Origin: an uncultured bacterium
GTDB lineage: Bacteria; Oederibacteriota; PGYV01; CAWJRG01
DNA length: 64,000 bases
Direction: 5' to 3'
Assembly: GCA_963845185.1 (NCBI GenBank)
Contig: CAWJRG010000006.1
Span: 32,709 to 96,708 of the forward strand
A model generated the notes under the pieces. The model was given only the letters and a program-made list of their open reading frames with translations. It had not been told where the DNA came from and did not search any database. Shown here piece by piece: positions 47,490 through 56,768 of this stretch. The position numbers and the translations under genes were made by a program. Every line of letters starts with the position of its first letter. Within the stretch, counting starts at the first letter, position 1.

Positions 47490-48431
47490 TCAGCACAATA
47501 TCTTTCCCTTAAGGTCTTTATGCCCAATGCAATAATCCCAGGCCTGCATTTTTTTGCCGGATTGTTCCTGAACCCCGGTTATTAATATGCAGCCGCCACC
47601 CGTCTTTACTGCAAAACCCTTATTTTTAACAAGGCATATTATCATGCCGGCAGGGCACGCTGAAATATCTTCAGCTGCACTGTAAATTTCAGATTTCCAC
47701 AGTTTGAGCACAATGCCGTCAAGAGAACAATAAGCCACGGGCCAGGGGACAAGCGCGCGTATCTTATTAAAAATATTTACAGCCGAATCGTTAAAATCTA
47801 TTTTCCCTGTCTCTTTTTTTAAAACACCCACATAAGTTGCGTCTGCCTCGCTTTGCTTTATCCTTCTGGCCTTTCCGTTTTCAATTGTTTCAAGGACTTC
47901 AAGCACGGTATCTGCGGCAAGACAGGAGAGCTTGTCGTGCATGGTAACTGCGTCGTCCGAATCGTCTATTTTAATTTTTTCCGCGCATATGATATCGCCT
48001 GAATCGAGTTTTTTTTCTATGAACTGGTAGGTTATCCCGGTCTCATGGTCGCCGGCCATGATTGCGTGGTTTATGGGTGAGGCACCGCGGTATTTCGGAA
48101 GCAGGGAAGCGTGTATGTTCACGCTGAGATATCTGGGGAAAAAAATGAGTTCCTCGGGCAGTATCTGGCCAAAGGCAACTATCAGGTTAATGTCTATTGG
48201 TTGTTTTTTGTATTCATCAAGGAAAGGCCTTTCTTTGGCTTTTTCAGGCTGGAGTATTTTAATATTGTGTTTTATCGCGAGCTCCTTGACCGGCGGGAGA
48301 GAGAGTTCCTGTTTCCTGCCAACGGGCCTGTCAGGCTGCGTTACCACTAAAACCACTTTGTGGCGCGAGCTGACGAGCTTTTCCAGCACGGGCACGGCAA
48401 ATTTTGGCGTGCTAAAAAATGCTATGTTCAT
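47490..48431 (-). CDS. fmt: Methionyl-tRNA formyltransferase
   Basis: TQPDRP.GR, NIHASLLPKYRGASPI, LDSGDI; real start MNIAFF at 48431 (ATGA overlap with def). Confidence 0.95.
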   Translation of the reverse strand: MNIAFFSTPKFAVPVLEKLVSSRHKVVLVVTQPDRPVGRKQELSLPPVKELAIKHNIKILQPEKAKERPFLDEYKKQPIDINLIVAFGQILPEELIFFPRYLSVNIHASLLPKYRGASPINHAIMAGDHETGITYQFIEKKLDSGDIICAEKIKIDDSDDAVTMHDKLSCLAADTVLEVLETIENGKARRIKQSEADATYVGVLKKETGKIDFNDSAVNIFNKIRALVPWPVAYCSLDGIVLKLWKSEIYSAAEDISACPAGMIICLVKNKGFAVKTGGGCILITGVQEQSGKKMQAWDYCIGHKDLKGKILC

Positions 48432-48952
48432 TTTTTGCTCTTGTTCAGTTTTTTTAGTTCCCTTAATTTCTTTGAATGCAGCATCCTGCGCACAGGCGTC
48501 ATCCTTTCTATGAATAATACGCCGTTTATGTGGTCTATCTCGTGCTGGCATACCCTTGCAAGCAGGCCCTCGGCTTCGAATTCAATATTTTTGGCATTAA
48601 GGCCCTGCGCGCGAACTTTTACCTTTGCGGAGCGCTCTATTTTTTCGAATATTTCGGGAAAACTCAGGCAGCCCTCTTCCGCAAGAACGGTTTCTTTTGA
48701 CTTTTCTATTATTTCGGGGTTTATCAGGATATAAAGCTTTGAATTTTCCTCCCTGGGGCCGGTATCTATGACTACTATCCTTTTCAGGATGCCTACCTGG
48801 TTTGCTGCCAGGCCCGCGCCGTTATGCGCATACAGGGTTTCCAGCATATCTTCAATAATCTTTTTTAATTCATCGCCGTTGAATTCTGTGATTGGCATTG
48901 TTTTCTTTTTCAGTATTTCATTGCCGTACTGTTTTATTTCCAGTTTTGCCAC
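48428..48952 (-). CDS. def: Peptide deformylase
   Basis: GAGLAANQVG, EGCLS, QHEIDHING. Confidence 0.96.
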   Translation of the reverse strand: MAKLEIKQYGNEILKKKTMPITEFNGDELKKIIEDMLETLYAHNGAGLAANQVGILKRIVVIDTGPREENSKLYILINPEIIEKSKETVLAEEGCLSFPEIFEKIERSAKVKVRAQGLNAKNIEFEAEGLLARVCQHEIDHINGVLFIERMTPVRRMLHSKKLRELKKLNKSKK

Positions 48953-49043
48953 AACTACACCTCTTTTTAATGGATGCTGTAAATTATAACAGATAAACCT
49001 TGATTTTCAAGGGAAATGAAATTCTGTGGAAAAGACAAAAATA

Positions 49044-49072
49044 TTGACAAAACCTCAAAAAATCTATATATT
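49044..49072 (+). promoter_or_regulatory. Sigma70 promoter of the PDO/Trx-trxB operon
   Basis: TTGACA-17 nt-TATATT. Confidence 0.65.
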
Positions 49073-49096
49073 CTTTAAGAATTGAGGTGACTTTCC

Positions 49097-50179
49097 ATGG
49101 CAAAATTTATCAATGAGGAAACAGAAAAGCAGTTAAGGGAGCAGTTCGGGCTGCATATGAAAAACGACGTGGATATAAAAATATTCACGCGCAGCATTAT
49201 ACTGGCGCCGGCAGGAGCATCGGCTCTCGAGGGTGAAAAAGAGCTGAATGAATTTGCAGTCTCATTTATCAATGAACTGGCCGCTATCGAGCCGAGGATA
49301 AAAGTCGAGCAGGCTGGCTTTGACAGCGAACTGGCGAAGAAATTCAACTTGACCGTAAGCCCGTCAATACTTATCGGCAGCGACAAGGGATATAAAATAA
49401 TATACAGCGGAGCGCCCTACGGCTATGAAGGGGCGTCTTTTATAGAGACAATATTCGGCGTGTCCGCGGGCGAGACCCCTTTGCTGGCAGAAAACAAGGA
49501 ACTCATCAAATACATCGAGAAAGAGACAAAAATACAGACCTTTGTGACTGCGGAATGCCCGTATTGCCCGACATCGGTAATACTCGCGAACCGGATAGCC
49601 ATAGAGTCAAAAGGCATGGTAATTTCCGAGTGCGTGGAGTCATACGAAAACCAGGCGCTTGCGCAGAAGTATAAAGTTTCTGCCGTGCCGGAGTATGTGG
49701 TAAACGGCAGGGAAGATTCGATACTCGTAGGCGTCCAGCCGGAGAAGCTGTTTATCCTGTACCTGCTGCAGTACTCGGCGCCGGAAAAATACAATTCAAT
49801 AGTGGCCGGGCTTGAAGCAAAAAGAAAAGTATTGGAAATCCTGCCCGACAAGCCGGAAAAGACAATTTACATATCGGACAATAATTTCAAGGAAGCGGTA
49901 AAAAAATACCCGAACCTGATAGTGGACTGCTGGGCGGACTGGTGCGGGCCGTGCAAGATGATGGCACCCATACTCGAGGAACTTGCGGCGGAATACAAGG
50001 ACAAGATTGTTATGGGAAAAATGAACGTGGATGAAAACCCTGCGACCTCGCAGGAATACGCGGTCAAGTCCATACCGACAACCCTGGTGTTTAAAAACGG
50101 GGAAAAAGCCGGCGAGATTGTCGGCGCCATGGCAAAAGTCAATTTTTGGGATGAAATAAGAAAATATTACGGGATATAA
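49097..50179 (+). CDS. Protein disulfide oxidoreductase (AhpF-NTD-like) fused to a C-terminal thioredoxin
   Basis: G.P.GYE..S.IE, CPYC and WCGPC motifs. Confidence 0.85.
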   Translation: MAKFINEETEKQLREQFGLHMKNDVDIKIFTRSIILAPAGASALEGEKELNEFAVSFINELAAIEPRIKVEQAGFDSELAKKFNLTVSPSILIGSDKGYKIIYSGAPYGYEGASFIETIFGVSAGETPLLAENKELIKYIEKETKIQTFVTAECPYCPTSVILANRIAIESKGMVISECVESYENQALAQKYKVSAVPEYVVNGREDSILVGVQPEKLFILYLLQYSAPEKYNSIVAGLEAKRKVLEILPDKPEKTIYISDNNFKEAVKKYPNLIVDCWADWCGPCKMMAPILEELAAEYKDKIVMGKMNVDENPATSQEYAVKSIPTTLVFKNGEKAGEIVGAMAKVNFWDEIRKYYGI

Positions 50180-50190
50180 GGGCTAAAATA

Positions 50191-51180
50191 ATGGATATCA
50201 AAGTAAACCTGGAAATGCCGGGGCACGGCGGCGAGCTCGTGCCTCAGGAATTCGACGTGGTCATCATAGGCGGCGGGCCCGCAGGGCTGACAGCCGCCAT
50301 TTATAATTCAAGGGCACGCTTAAGGACCCTTGTGATAGAGAAACTCGCAATAGGCGGGCAGGTAATCCTGACAAACGAGGTGGAGGATTACCCGGGTTTT
50401 GAGCGCGTGAAAGGCATAGACCTGATCCAAAACATGGAAAAGCAGGCCAGGAATTTCGGCACTTATATAATAAACGACGGGATTGAAAAAATAGAGGACA
50501 GGGAAAACGGCACAAAGACCATAAAGACAACCTCGGGGAAAAATTTTACAGCGTACGCCGTGATAATAGCGACCGGCGCAGAGCATAAAATGCTCGGCGT
50601 GCCGGGGGAAATAAAGCTCAGGGGAAAAGGCGTGTCTTACTGCGGAACCTGCGACGGCGCTTTTTTCAGGAACATGGAAATCGCGGTCATAGGCGGAGGC
50701 GATACCGCGGCCGAAGAATCGGTTTTTTTGACGCGGTTTGCAAAAAAGGTTTACCTGATACACAGGAGGGACAGGCTGCGCGCGACAAAGGTCCTGCAGG
50801 AACGCGCCCTGTCAAATACCAAAATCCAGCCTGTTTTTGACACTGTGGTCGGGGAAATCATCGGCGAAAAAGCGGTTGAAAAAATAAGATTAAAAAACAT
50901 CAAGACAAACGAAACCAGGGACCTTGCGGTCAGCGGGGTTTTTATATTCGTGGGGCTCACGCCGAACACCGAGTTTTTGGCAGGATACCTTGACATGACC
51001 GATGAGGGATATATAAAAACCAGCGCTGAAATGAAGACTTCAAAAGCCGGGATTTTCGCCGCAGGCGACTGCGTAGACAAGAAATTCAGGCAGATAATCA
51101 CCGCTGCCGGCGACGGGGCGACTGCCTCATATTTCGCGCAGCATTACGTTGAGCACCTGAAAGGCACGGAATACGTATAA
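50191..51180 (+). CDS. trxB: Thioredoxin reductase
   Basis: GGGPAGLTAA, GVSYCGTCDG, GGGDTA, HRRD, FAAGD. Confidence 0.95.
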   Translation: MDIKVNLEMPGHGGELVPQEFDVVIIGGGPAGLTAAIYNSRARLRTLVIEKLAIGGQVILTNEVEDYPGFERVKGIDLIQNMEKQARNFGTYIINDGIEKIEDRENGTKTIKTTSGKNFTAYAVIIATGAEHKMLGVPGEIKLRGKGVSYCGTCDGAFFRNMEIAVIGGGDTAAEESVFLTRFAKKVYLIHRRDRLRATKVLQERALSNTKIQPVFDTVVGEIIGEKAVEKIRLKNIKTNETRDLAVSGVFIFVGLTPNTEFLAGYLDMTDEGYIKTSAEMKTSKAGIFAAGDCVDKKFRQIITAAGDGATASYFAQHYVEHLKGTEYV

Positions 51181-51303
51181 ATACAGGCTCCTGCTCCGCG
51201 CATTTTTTTTTAACCCGTTAATTTATCCATAACCTATCCGGCAAATAATTGGAACATTTTTCCATAAAAATTGTCTAATTATCAACAGGAGAGTGTATCA
51301 GGA

Positions 51304-52032
51304 ATGATTAATAAGAAGGCATTTGCAATAATCTTATTTTTTACCGCTGTTTTTTCATTATGCCTATACGCCGGCAATTACAAATTCGGGTTCCCTTTGC
51401 CGGGCACTGCTGCGCCGGATTCCGTGCCCCTGGATGCCATGAGAAAAATAGCCGCGGATTCAGCCGTGTCCGTATGGGGGCAGGCTTTACCGGTGGCGGA
51501 AATACCGTGCTGCGGCATGGACGGCGCAGAATCTTTTTATTATTTTGTCTTCAGGATAGACGGCGGCGCGCCGGGGGATTACCCGTCAATCACATCTGAA
51601 ATCATGCAGGGAAGGGCCGATTACAAAGAAATAATAAATTCCCCCGTGAATAACACGAAAGAATATTACGCTAAATTCCTGGACGCGAAAAAAAGGAAGT
51701 GGGGCATAGGCAGGTACGGGACCGTCGTAGTTTCATGCAGGCTGTCGTTCCCGCCGGTGCCAGAGTTTATACACGGCCTGCCGCCTTTTTATACCATGCT
51801 TGATATTATGGCGTCGCAGTGCCCTGCAGGGGCAACGCTTACGAGGATTTATTATATTACGCCCATGGACCAGTTTTATGAATTTTCCTCAGGCAGCAAA
51901 AGCACGGTAATTGACGGGCTGTCGCTGAAAGTTGAGGACATGGACGGCCTGAAGAAAAGATACCCGGGCTCATTTGCCTCCAATGCAAATGAAAAAAATT
52001 TTGAAAAGGAATGGGCCCGCTATGGCCGCTAA
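51304..52032 (+). CDS. Secreted protein resembling a cysteine-protease prodomain/inhibitor (Spi/I69-like)
   Basis: Signal peptide; FYYFVF...GTVVVS....PPV.EF and terminal N...EW pattern; overlaps the start of the protease gene. Confidence 0.55.
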   Translation: MINKKAFAIILFFTAVFSLCLYAGNYKFGFPLPGTAAPDSVPLDAMRKIAADSAVSVWGQALPVAEIPCCGMDGAESFYYFVFRIDGGAPGDYPSITSEIMQGRADYKEIINSPVNNTKEYYAKFLDAKKRKWGIGRYGTVVVSCRLSFPPVPEFIHGLPPFYTMLDIMASQCPAGATLTRIYYITPMDQFYEFSSGSKSTVIDGLSLKVEDMDGLKKRYPGSFASNANEKNFEKEWARYGR

Positions 52033-55000
52033 AAAAACCCTCCTCATATCAGCCTTTATATTATGCGTATTTTCACTGCATGCGGCTTATCATTATGTTC
52101 CTTACATGGACGGGGCAGACATGACGCGCATGCCTGCTTTTTTGTGGTATGCGGGCTGCGCCCCGACATCAGCGTGCATGGTACTGGGTTACTGGGATAA
52201 TTACGGCGCCATGGGCGGCGGGACTTATGGCAAGAACATCAATTACGGCAAACTTTTGCAGTATTATATGGACAAGACCGCAATGCTTACGCTGAAGGGG
52301 TACAACGGGACGATTTTTTCGTGGAGTTATTACGACGCGGACGTGCCAAAGGCAAAAACACAGTACGAGCTGGCGTATTATATGCACACCGATTCCGGCG
52401 GCGGCACAACCACCAATATGGCGCCGGTGGGAATAGCAACGGTCGCGGCATCCAGGGGCTATACCGACGCGACCAGCGAAGATTTGCAGGGAACCGCGGC
52501 CAATGACTGGTCGTGGCAAAACCTTGTGAATTCCATCAACAGCGGGCAGCCGTGCATATGGTACAACATCATATCCAGCCAGGGGCATGCCATGGCGGCA
52601 TGGGGATACAATGACAACAAGTATGTCATGGTTTACAACACATGGGATGAAATGCGCCATGATTATTATTACCAGTATTACACCGGAGTGACAGGCATGG
52701 CTAATGTGCTTGCAGGCGTGACCACGTTCAATCCCGGGACCATGGGCATGGATTCGGACGCGGAGCTTTTTTCGCCTGACGGCGGCGAGGCATGGGCCGA
52801 TAACATACCGCAAAGCATACACTGGCAGCAGTACGGGCCAAGCATAGATACAGTGAACATATTTTATTCCCAGGACGGCGGGCTGGACTGGACGCAAATA
52901 ACTTCAACTGCGGGCGCAACAGGCGACAATTATTTTACATGGACCCCTCCGGGTACAGTGAACTCAACGAGAATGAGGGTCAGGATAGAGGGGTGGTCCG
53001 GAGGCGGGAGCGGCCTGCATTACGGCGACGACGGCAGCAGGCAGAATTTCTCGTGCACGGCACCTACATTTACATGCACACCGACGCCGACATTTACAGG
53101 CACGCCGACAATAACGCAGACATATACAGTAACGCCTTTAGTGTCGCCGACGGGCACCCCGATAATAACCAGTGTTCCCACCATAATTCCGGGGTCAACG
53201 CCCTGCTTTATAACGCAATGGGGCGGTTTAGGAACCGGCAACGGGCAGTTTTATAATCCTTACGGAGTAGCAGCAGACAGCAGCGGAAACGTGTATGTTT
53301 CAGACACTTATAACAACAGGATACAAAAATTCAGCAGCACAGGCACATATATAACGCAGTGGGGCGGTTTAGGAACAGGCAACGGGCAGTTTGAATACCC
53401 CAATGGAATAGCGGCAGACAGCAGCGGGAACGTGTATGTTGCAGACACTGATAATAACAGGATACAAAAATTTGACAGTACAGGCACATATATAACGCAA
53501 TGGGGAAGTCCGGGAACCGGCAACGGGCAGTTTAGCTGGCCCTATGGAGTAGCAGCAGACAGCAGCGGAAGCGTGTATGTTTCGGATGCTGATAACAGCA
53601 ACATCCAGAAATTCAGCAGTACAGGCACATATATAACGCAATGGGGAAGTCCGGGAACCGGCAACGGGCAGTTTAGCTGGCCCTATGGAGTAGCAGCAGA
53701 CAGCAGCGGAAGCGTGTATGTTTCGGATGCTGATAACAGCAACATCCAGAAATTCAGCAGTACAGGCACATATATAACACAGTGGGGAAGTTACGGAACA
53801 GGCAACGGGCAGTTTGATTATCCTGAAGGATTGGCTGCAGACAGCAGCGGAAACGTGTACGTTATAGACGATGGCAATGACAGGGTACAGGAGTTCAGCA
53901 GTACAGGCACATATATAACACAATGGGGAAGTTCCGGGACAGGCAACGGGCAGTTTGATTTTCCTTATGGAGTGGCAATGGACAGCAGCGGAAACGTGTA
54001 TGTTTCAGACACTGAAAATAATATAATCCAGAAATTCGGCGCGTGCCTCAGCCCTACGCCGACTCCGACATCCGGGCCGACGCCCTGTTTTATAATGCAG
54101 TGGGGAAGTTACGGGACAGGCAACGGGCAGTTTAACGGTCCTGTAGGAATAGCAATAGACAGCAGCGGAAATGTGTATGTTTCAGACAATGAAAGAATCC
54201 AGAAATTCAGCAGCACAGGCGCATACATAACGCAATGGGGCAGCCTAGGAAACGGAATTGGGCAGTTTAACGGCCCTACCGGAATAGCAACAGACAGCAG
54301 CGGAAACGTGTACGTTGTGGACACTTATAATGACAGGATCCAGATATTCAGCAGCACAGGCGCATACATAACCCAGTGGGGAGGTTTTGGATTTGGCCCC
54401 GGGCAGTTTTACTGGCCCGGTGACATAGCATTGGACAGCAGCGGAAACGCATATGTTGCAGATTCCAGCAACAGCAGAATTCAGGTGCTGAGCAGTACAG
54501 GCGCATATTTAACCCAGTGGGGAAGTTATGGGACAGGCAACGGGCAGTTTAACTCGCCTTATTTCCTGGCGCTGGACAGCAGCGGAAACGTGTACGTTGC
54601 AGACGATGTTAACGACAGAATACAAAAATTCAACAGTGCAGGCACATACATAACGCAATGGGGCAGTGCCGGGACCGGCCCGGGGCAGTTTAATAACCCG
54701 TGGGGGCTGGCGGCAGACAGCAGCGGGAACGTGTATGTTGCGGACAATTCCAACGGCAGAATCCAGGAATTCAGCAGTACAGGCGCATACATAACGCAAT
54801 GGGGCAGCATAGGAAACGGCATAGGGCAGTTTATTTATCCTGATTCCGTGGCAATAGACAGGAGCGGAAACATATATGTTACGGACGAAGGCAATAACAG
54901 GATCCAGAAATTCGGCGCGTGCGGTAACCCGACGCTTACTTTAACGGCAATACCTGCAATAACACAAACCATAACTGAAACAACGACGGGCACTCCTACG

Positions 55001-56743
55001 ATGACACAGACAAGGACGCCGGTCCCGTCGCAAACACAGACGTACACGGCAACGCCTGTCGTATCTTTGACAAACACATTGACAACAACACTGACAAGCA
55101 CAATGACACCTACGCCGACAATGACGCCGACTTTAACAACAACGCCTGTAGTGTCAATGACAGATACTGCGACAGCGACGCCGACATATACGGCAACACC
55201 TGTAGTATCGGCGACAGAGACCCCTACAGCGACACAGACGTTTACAGCAACGCCTGTTGTGTCAGCCACAGACACGCCGACAATAACGCCGACATATACT
55301 GCCACTTTAGTGTCCGGGCCTACGCCCTGTTACATACTTAACTGGGGAACATTCGGGGCCTCCAGCGCGCAGTTTAATAATCCATATGGAGCAGCAGCGG
55401 ACAGCGCCGGAAACGTGTATATCGCTGACACTGATAACAACAGGATCCAAAAATTCGACAGCACAGGCACATATATAACCCAGTGGGGAAGTTCAGGAAC
55501 AGGCATTGGCCAGCTTAACAGCCCCATGGGAATAGCAACAGACAGCAGCGGAAACGTATATGTTTCGGATTCGGGCAATTACAGGATCCAAAAGTTCAAC
55601 AGCACAGGCACTTATATAACCCAGTGGGGAAGTTTAGGAACGGGCATTGGGCAGTTTAGCTGGCCTTATGGAATAGCGGTTTACAGCAATGGAAATGTGT
55701 ATGTTGTAGATACAGGCAACAACAGGATAGAAGAATTCAGCAGCACAGGCGCATATATAACCCAGTGGGGAAGCGCCGGCAGCGGCACAGGGCAGTTTTA
55801 CAGCCCCATGGGAGCAGCCATGGACAGCAGCGGGGACGTGTATATAGTGGATACCAATAATAACAGGATAGAAGAATTCAGCAGTACAGGCGCGTATATA
55901 ACCCAGTTTGGCGGCGCAGGAATCGGCAACGGCCAGCTTTTTTATCCGGAAGGGATAGCGGTGGACAACAGCGGAAACGTGTATGTTTCAGACAGCATGA
56001 ACAACAGAATCGAAGAATTCGGCAGCAATGACATTTATTTTACACAGTGGGGCGCTTACGGGACCGGCGCAGGCCAGTTTAACGGGCCTGGCGGAGTAGC
56101 AGTGGACAGCAGCGGGGACGTGTATGTTGCAGACGTCAGTAATTTCAGGATACAAAAATTCGGAGCGTGCACCAGCCCGACGCCGACTTTTACAAACACA
56201 GTATCGCAGACGCCTACATATACAAACACGCCGAGCCCGACGCCGACGTTTACGGTGACTCCAACATCGACATGCACAAATACAGCCACGGCTACCGGCA
56301 CAACAACGCTCACTTTTACTTATACCGCCACGATTACCCCTTCCCGGACAGCACTGGTTTTTACAGCCACGCCAACTTATACGGCGACATACGCCGGGAC
56401 CGTGACGCCGACTGTTATCCCGACCGAATCCACGGCAAGAATAATCAATCCTGTAATTTACCCCAACCCGTATGACCCGGCAGGTAACGGGGACTTGCGG
56501 ATAAGGCTGCAGATTACGCAGGTATTTAAGAATATCAGGCTGAGGATATACACCGTGGCTTTCAGGCTGATAAGGGAAGAAACCTGGGACGGGGAATTCC
56601 AGGCAGGCGGAATAAACATAGACGTCGCGCAGGACAAGCTTTATAACATGGCAAACGGCACATATTATTTCCTGATAACGGCTGAAACATGGGACGGGAA
56701 GACAATAAAAGGCAAGCCGGAAAACGTCATTATATTAAGATAA
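52022..56743 (+). CDS. Secreted papain-like (C39/C10-type) cysteine peptidase + Ig-like domain + three NHL propellers + Thr linkers + CTD
   Basis: Signal peptide from 52022; WYAGCAPTSACMVLGYW (Cys), GHAMAAWGY (His), YNTWD; 18 QWG..G.G.GQF..P.G.A.DSSGNVYV.D..N.RIQ.F repeats; IYPNP...IYTVAFRLIR...ANGTY. Confidence 0.87.
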   Translation: MAAKKTLLISAFILCVFSLHAAYHYVPYMDGADMTRMPAFLWYAGCAPTSACMVLGYWDNYGAMGGGTYGKNINYGKLLQYYMDKTAMLTLKGYNGTIFSWSYYDADVPKAKTQYELAYYMHTDSGGGTTTNMAPVGIATVAASRGYTDATSEDLQGTAANDWSWQNLVNSINSGQPCIWYNIISSQGHAMAAWGYNDNKYVMVYNTWDEMRHDYYYQYYTGVTGMANVLAGVTTFNPGTMGMDSDAELFSPDGGEAWADNIPQSIHWQQYGPSIDTVNIFYSQDGGLDWTQITSTAGATGDNYFTWTPPGTVNSTRMRVRIEGWSGGGSGLHYGDDGSRQNFSCTAPTFTCTPTPTFTGTPTITQTYTVTPLVSPTGTPIITSVPTIIPGSTPCFITQWGGLGTGNGQFYNPYGVAADSSGNVYVSDTYNNRIQKFSSTGTYITQWGGLGTGNGQFEYPNGIAADSSGNVYVADTDNNRIQKFDSTGTYITQWGSPGTGNGQFSWPYGVAADSSGSVYVSDADNSNIQKFSSTGTYITQWGSPGTGNGQFSWPYGVAADSSGSVYVSDADNSNIQKFSSTGTYITQWGSYGTGNGQFDYPEGLAADSSGNVYVIDDGNDRVQEFSSTGTYITQWGSSGTGNGQFDFPYGVAMDSSGNVYVSDTENNIIQKFGACLSPTPTPTSGPTPCFIMQWGSYGTGNGQFNGPVGIAIDSSGNVYVSDNERIQKFSSTGAYITQWGSLGNGIGQFNGPTGIATDSSGNVYVVDTYNDRIQIFSSTGAYITQWGGFGFGPGQFYWPGDIALDSSGNAYVADSSNSRIQVLSSTGAYLTQWGSYGTGNGQFNSPYFLALDSSGNVYVADDVNDRIQKFNSAGTYITQWGSAGTGPGQFNNPWGLAADSSGNVYVADNSNGRIQEFSSTGAYITQWGSIGNGIGQFIYPDSVAIDRSGNIYVTDEGNNRIQKFGACGNPTLTLTAIPAITQTITETTTGTPTMTQTRTPVPSQTQTYTATPVVSLTNTLTTTLTSTMTPTPTMTPTLTTTPVVSMTDTATATPTYTATPVVSATETPTATQTFTATPVVSATDTPTITPTYTATLVSGPTPCYILNWGTFGASSAQFNNPYGAAADSAGNVYIADTDNNRIQKFDSTGTYITQWGSSGTGIGQLNSPMGIATDSSGNVYVSDSGNYRIQKFNSTGTYITQWGSLGTGIGQFSWPYGIAVYSNGNVYVVDTGNNRIEEFSSTGAYITQWGSAGSGTGQFYSPMGAAMDSSGDVYIVDTNNNRIEEFSSTGAYITQFGGAGIGNGQLFYPEGIAVDNSGNVYVSDSMNNRIEEFGSNDIYFTQWGAYGTGAGQFNGPGGVAVDSSGDVYVADVSNFRIQKFGACTSPTPTFTNTVSQTPTYTNTPSPTPTFTVTPTSTCTNTATATGTTTLTFTYTATITPSRTALVFTATPTYTATYAGTVTPTVIPTESTARIINPVIYPNPYDPAGNGDLRIRLQITQVFKNIRLRIYTVAFRLIREETWDGEFQAGGINIDVAQDKLYNMANGTYYFLITAETWDGKTIKGKPENVIILR
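53476..53778 (+). repeat. Perfect 141-bp tandem duplication (one NHL blade)
   Basis: 53476-53616 is identical to 53617-53757, and the match continues 21 nt further. Confidence 0.9.
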
Positions 56744-56768
56744 CGCTGCCTGCCAGGGAAGATTAAGT

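Noticed and set aside
47490-48551. N-terminally extended Fmt (353 aa)
   Set aside because: The extension overlaps def in another frame; the true start is the ATGA-coupled Met at 48431
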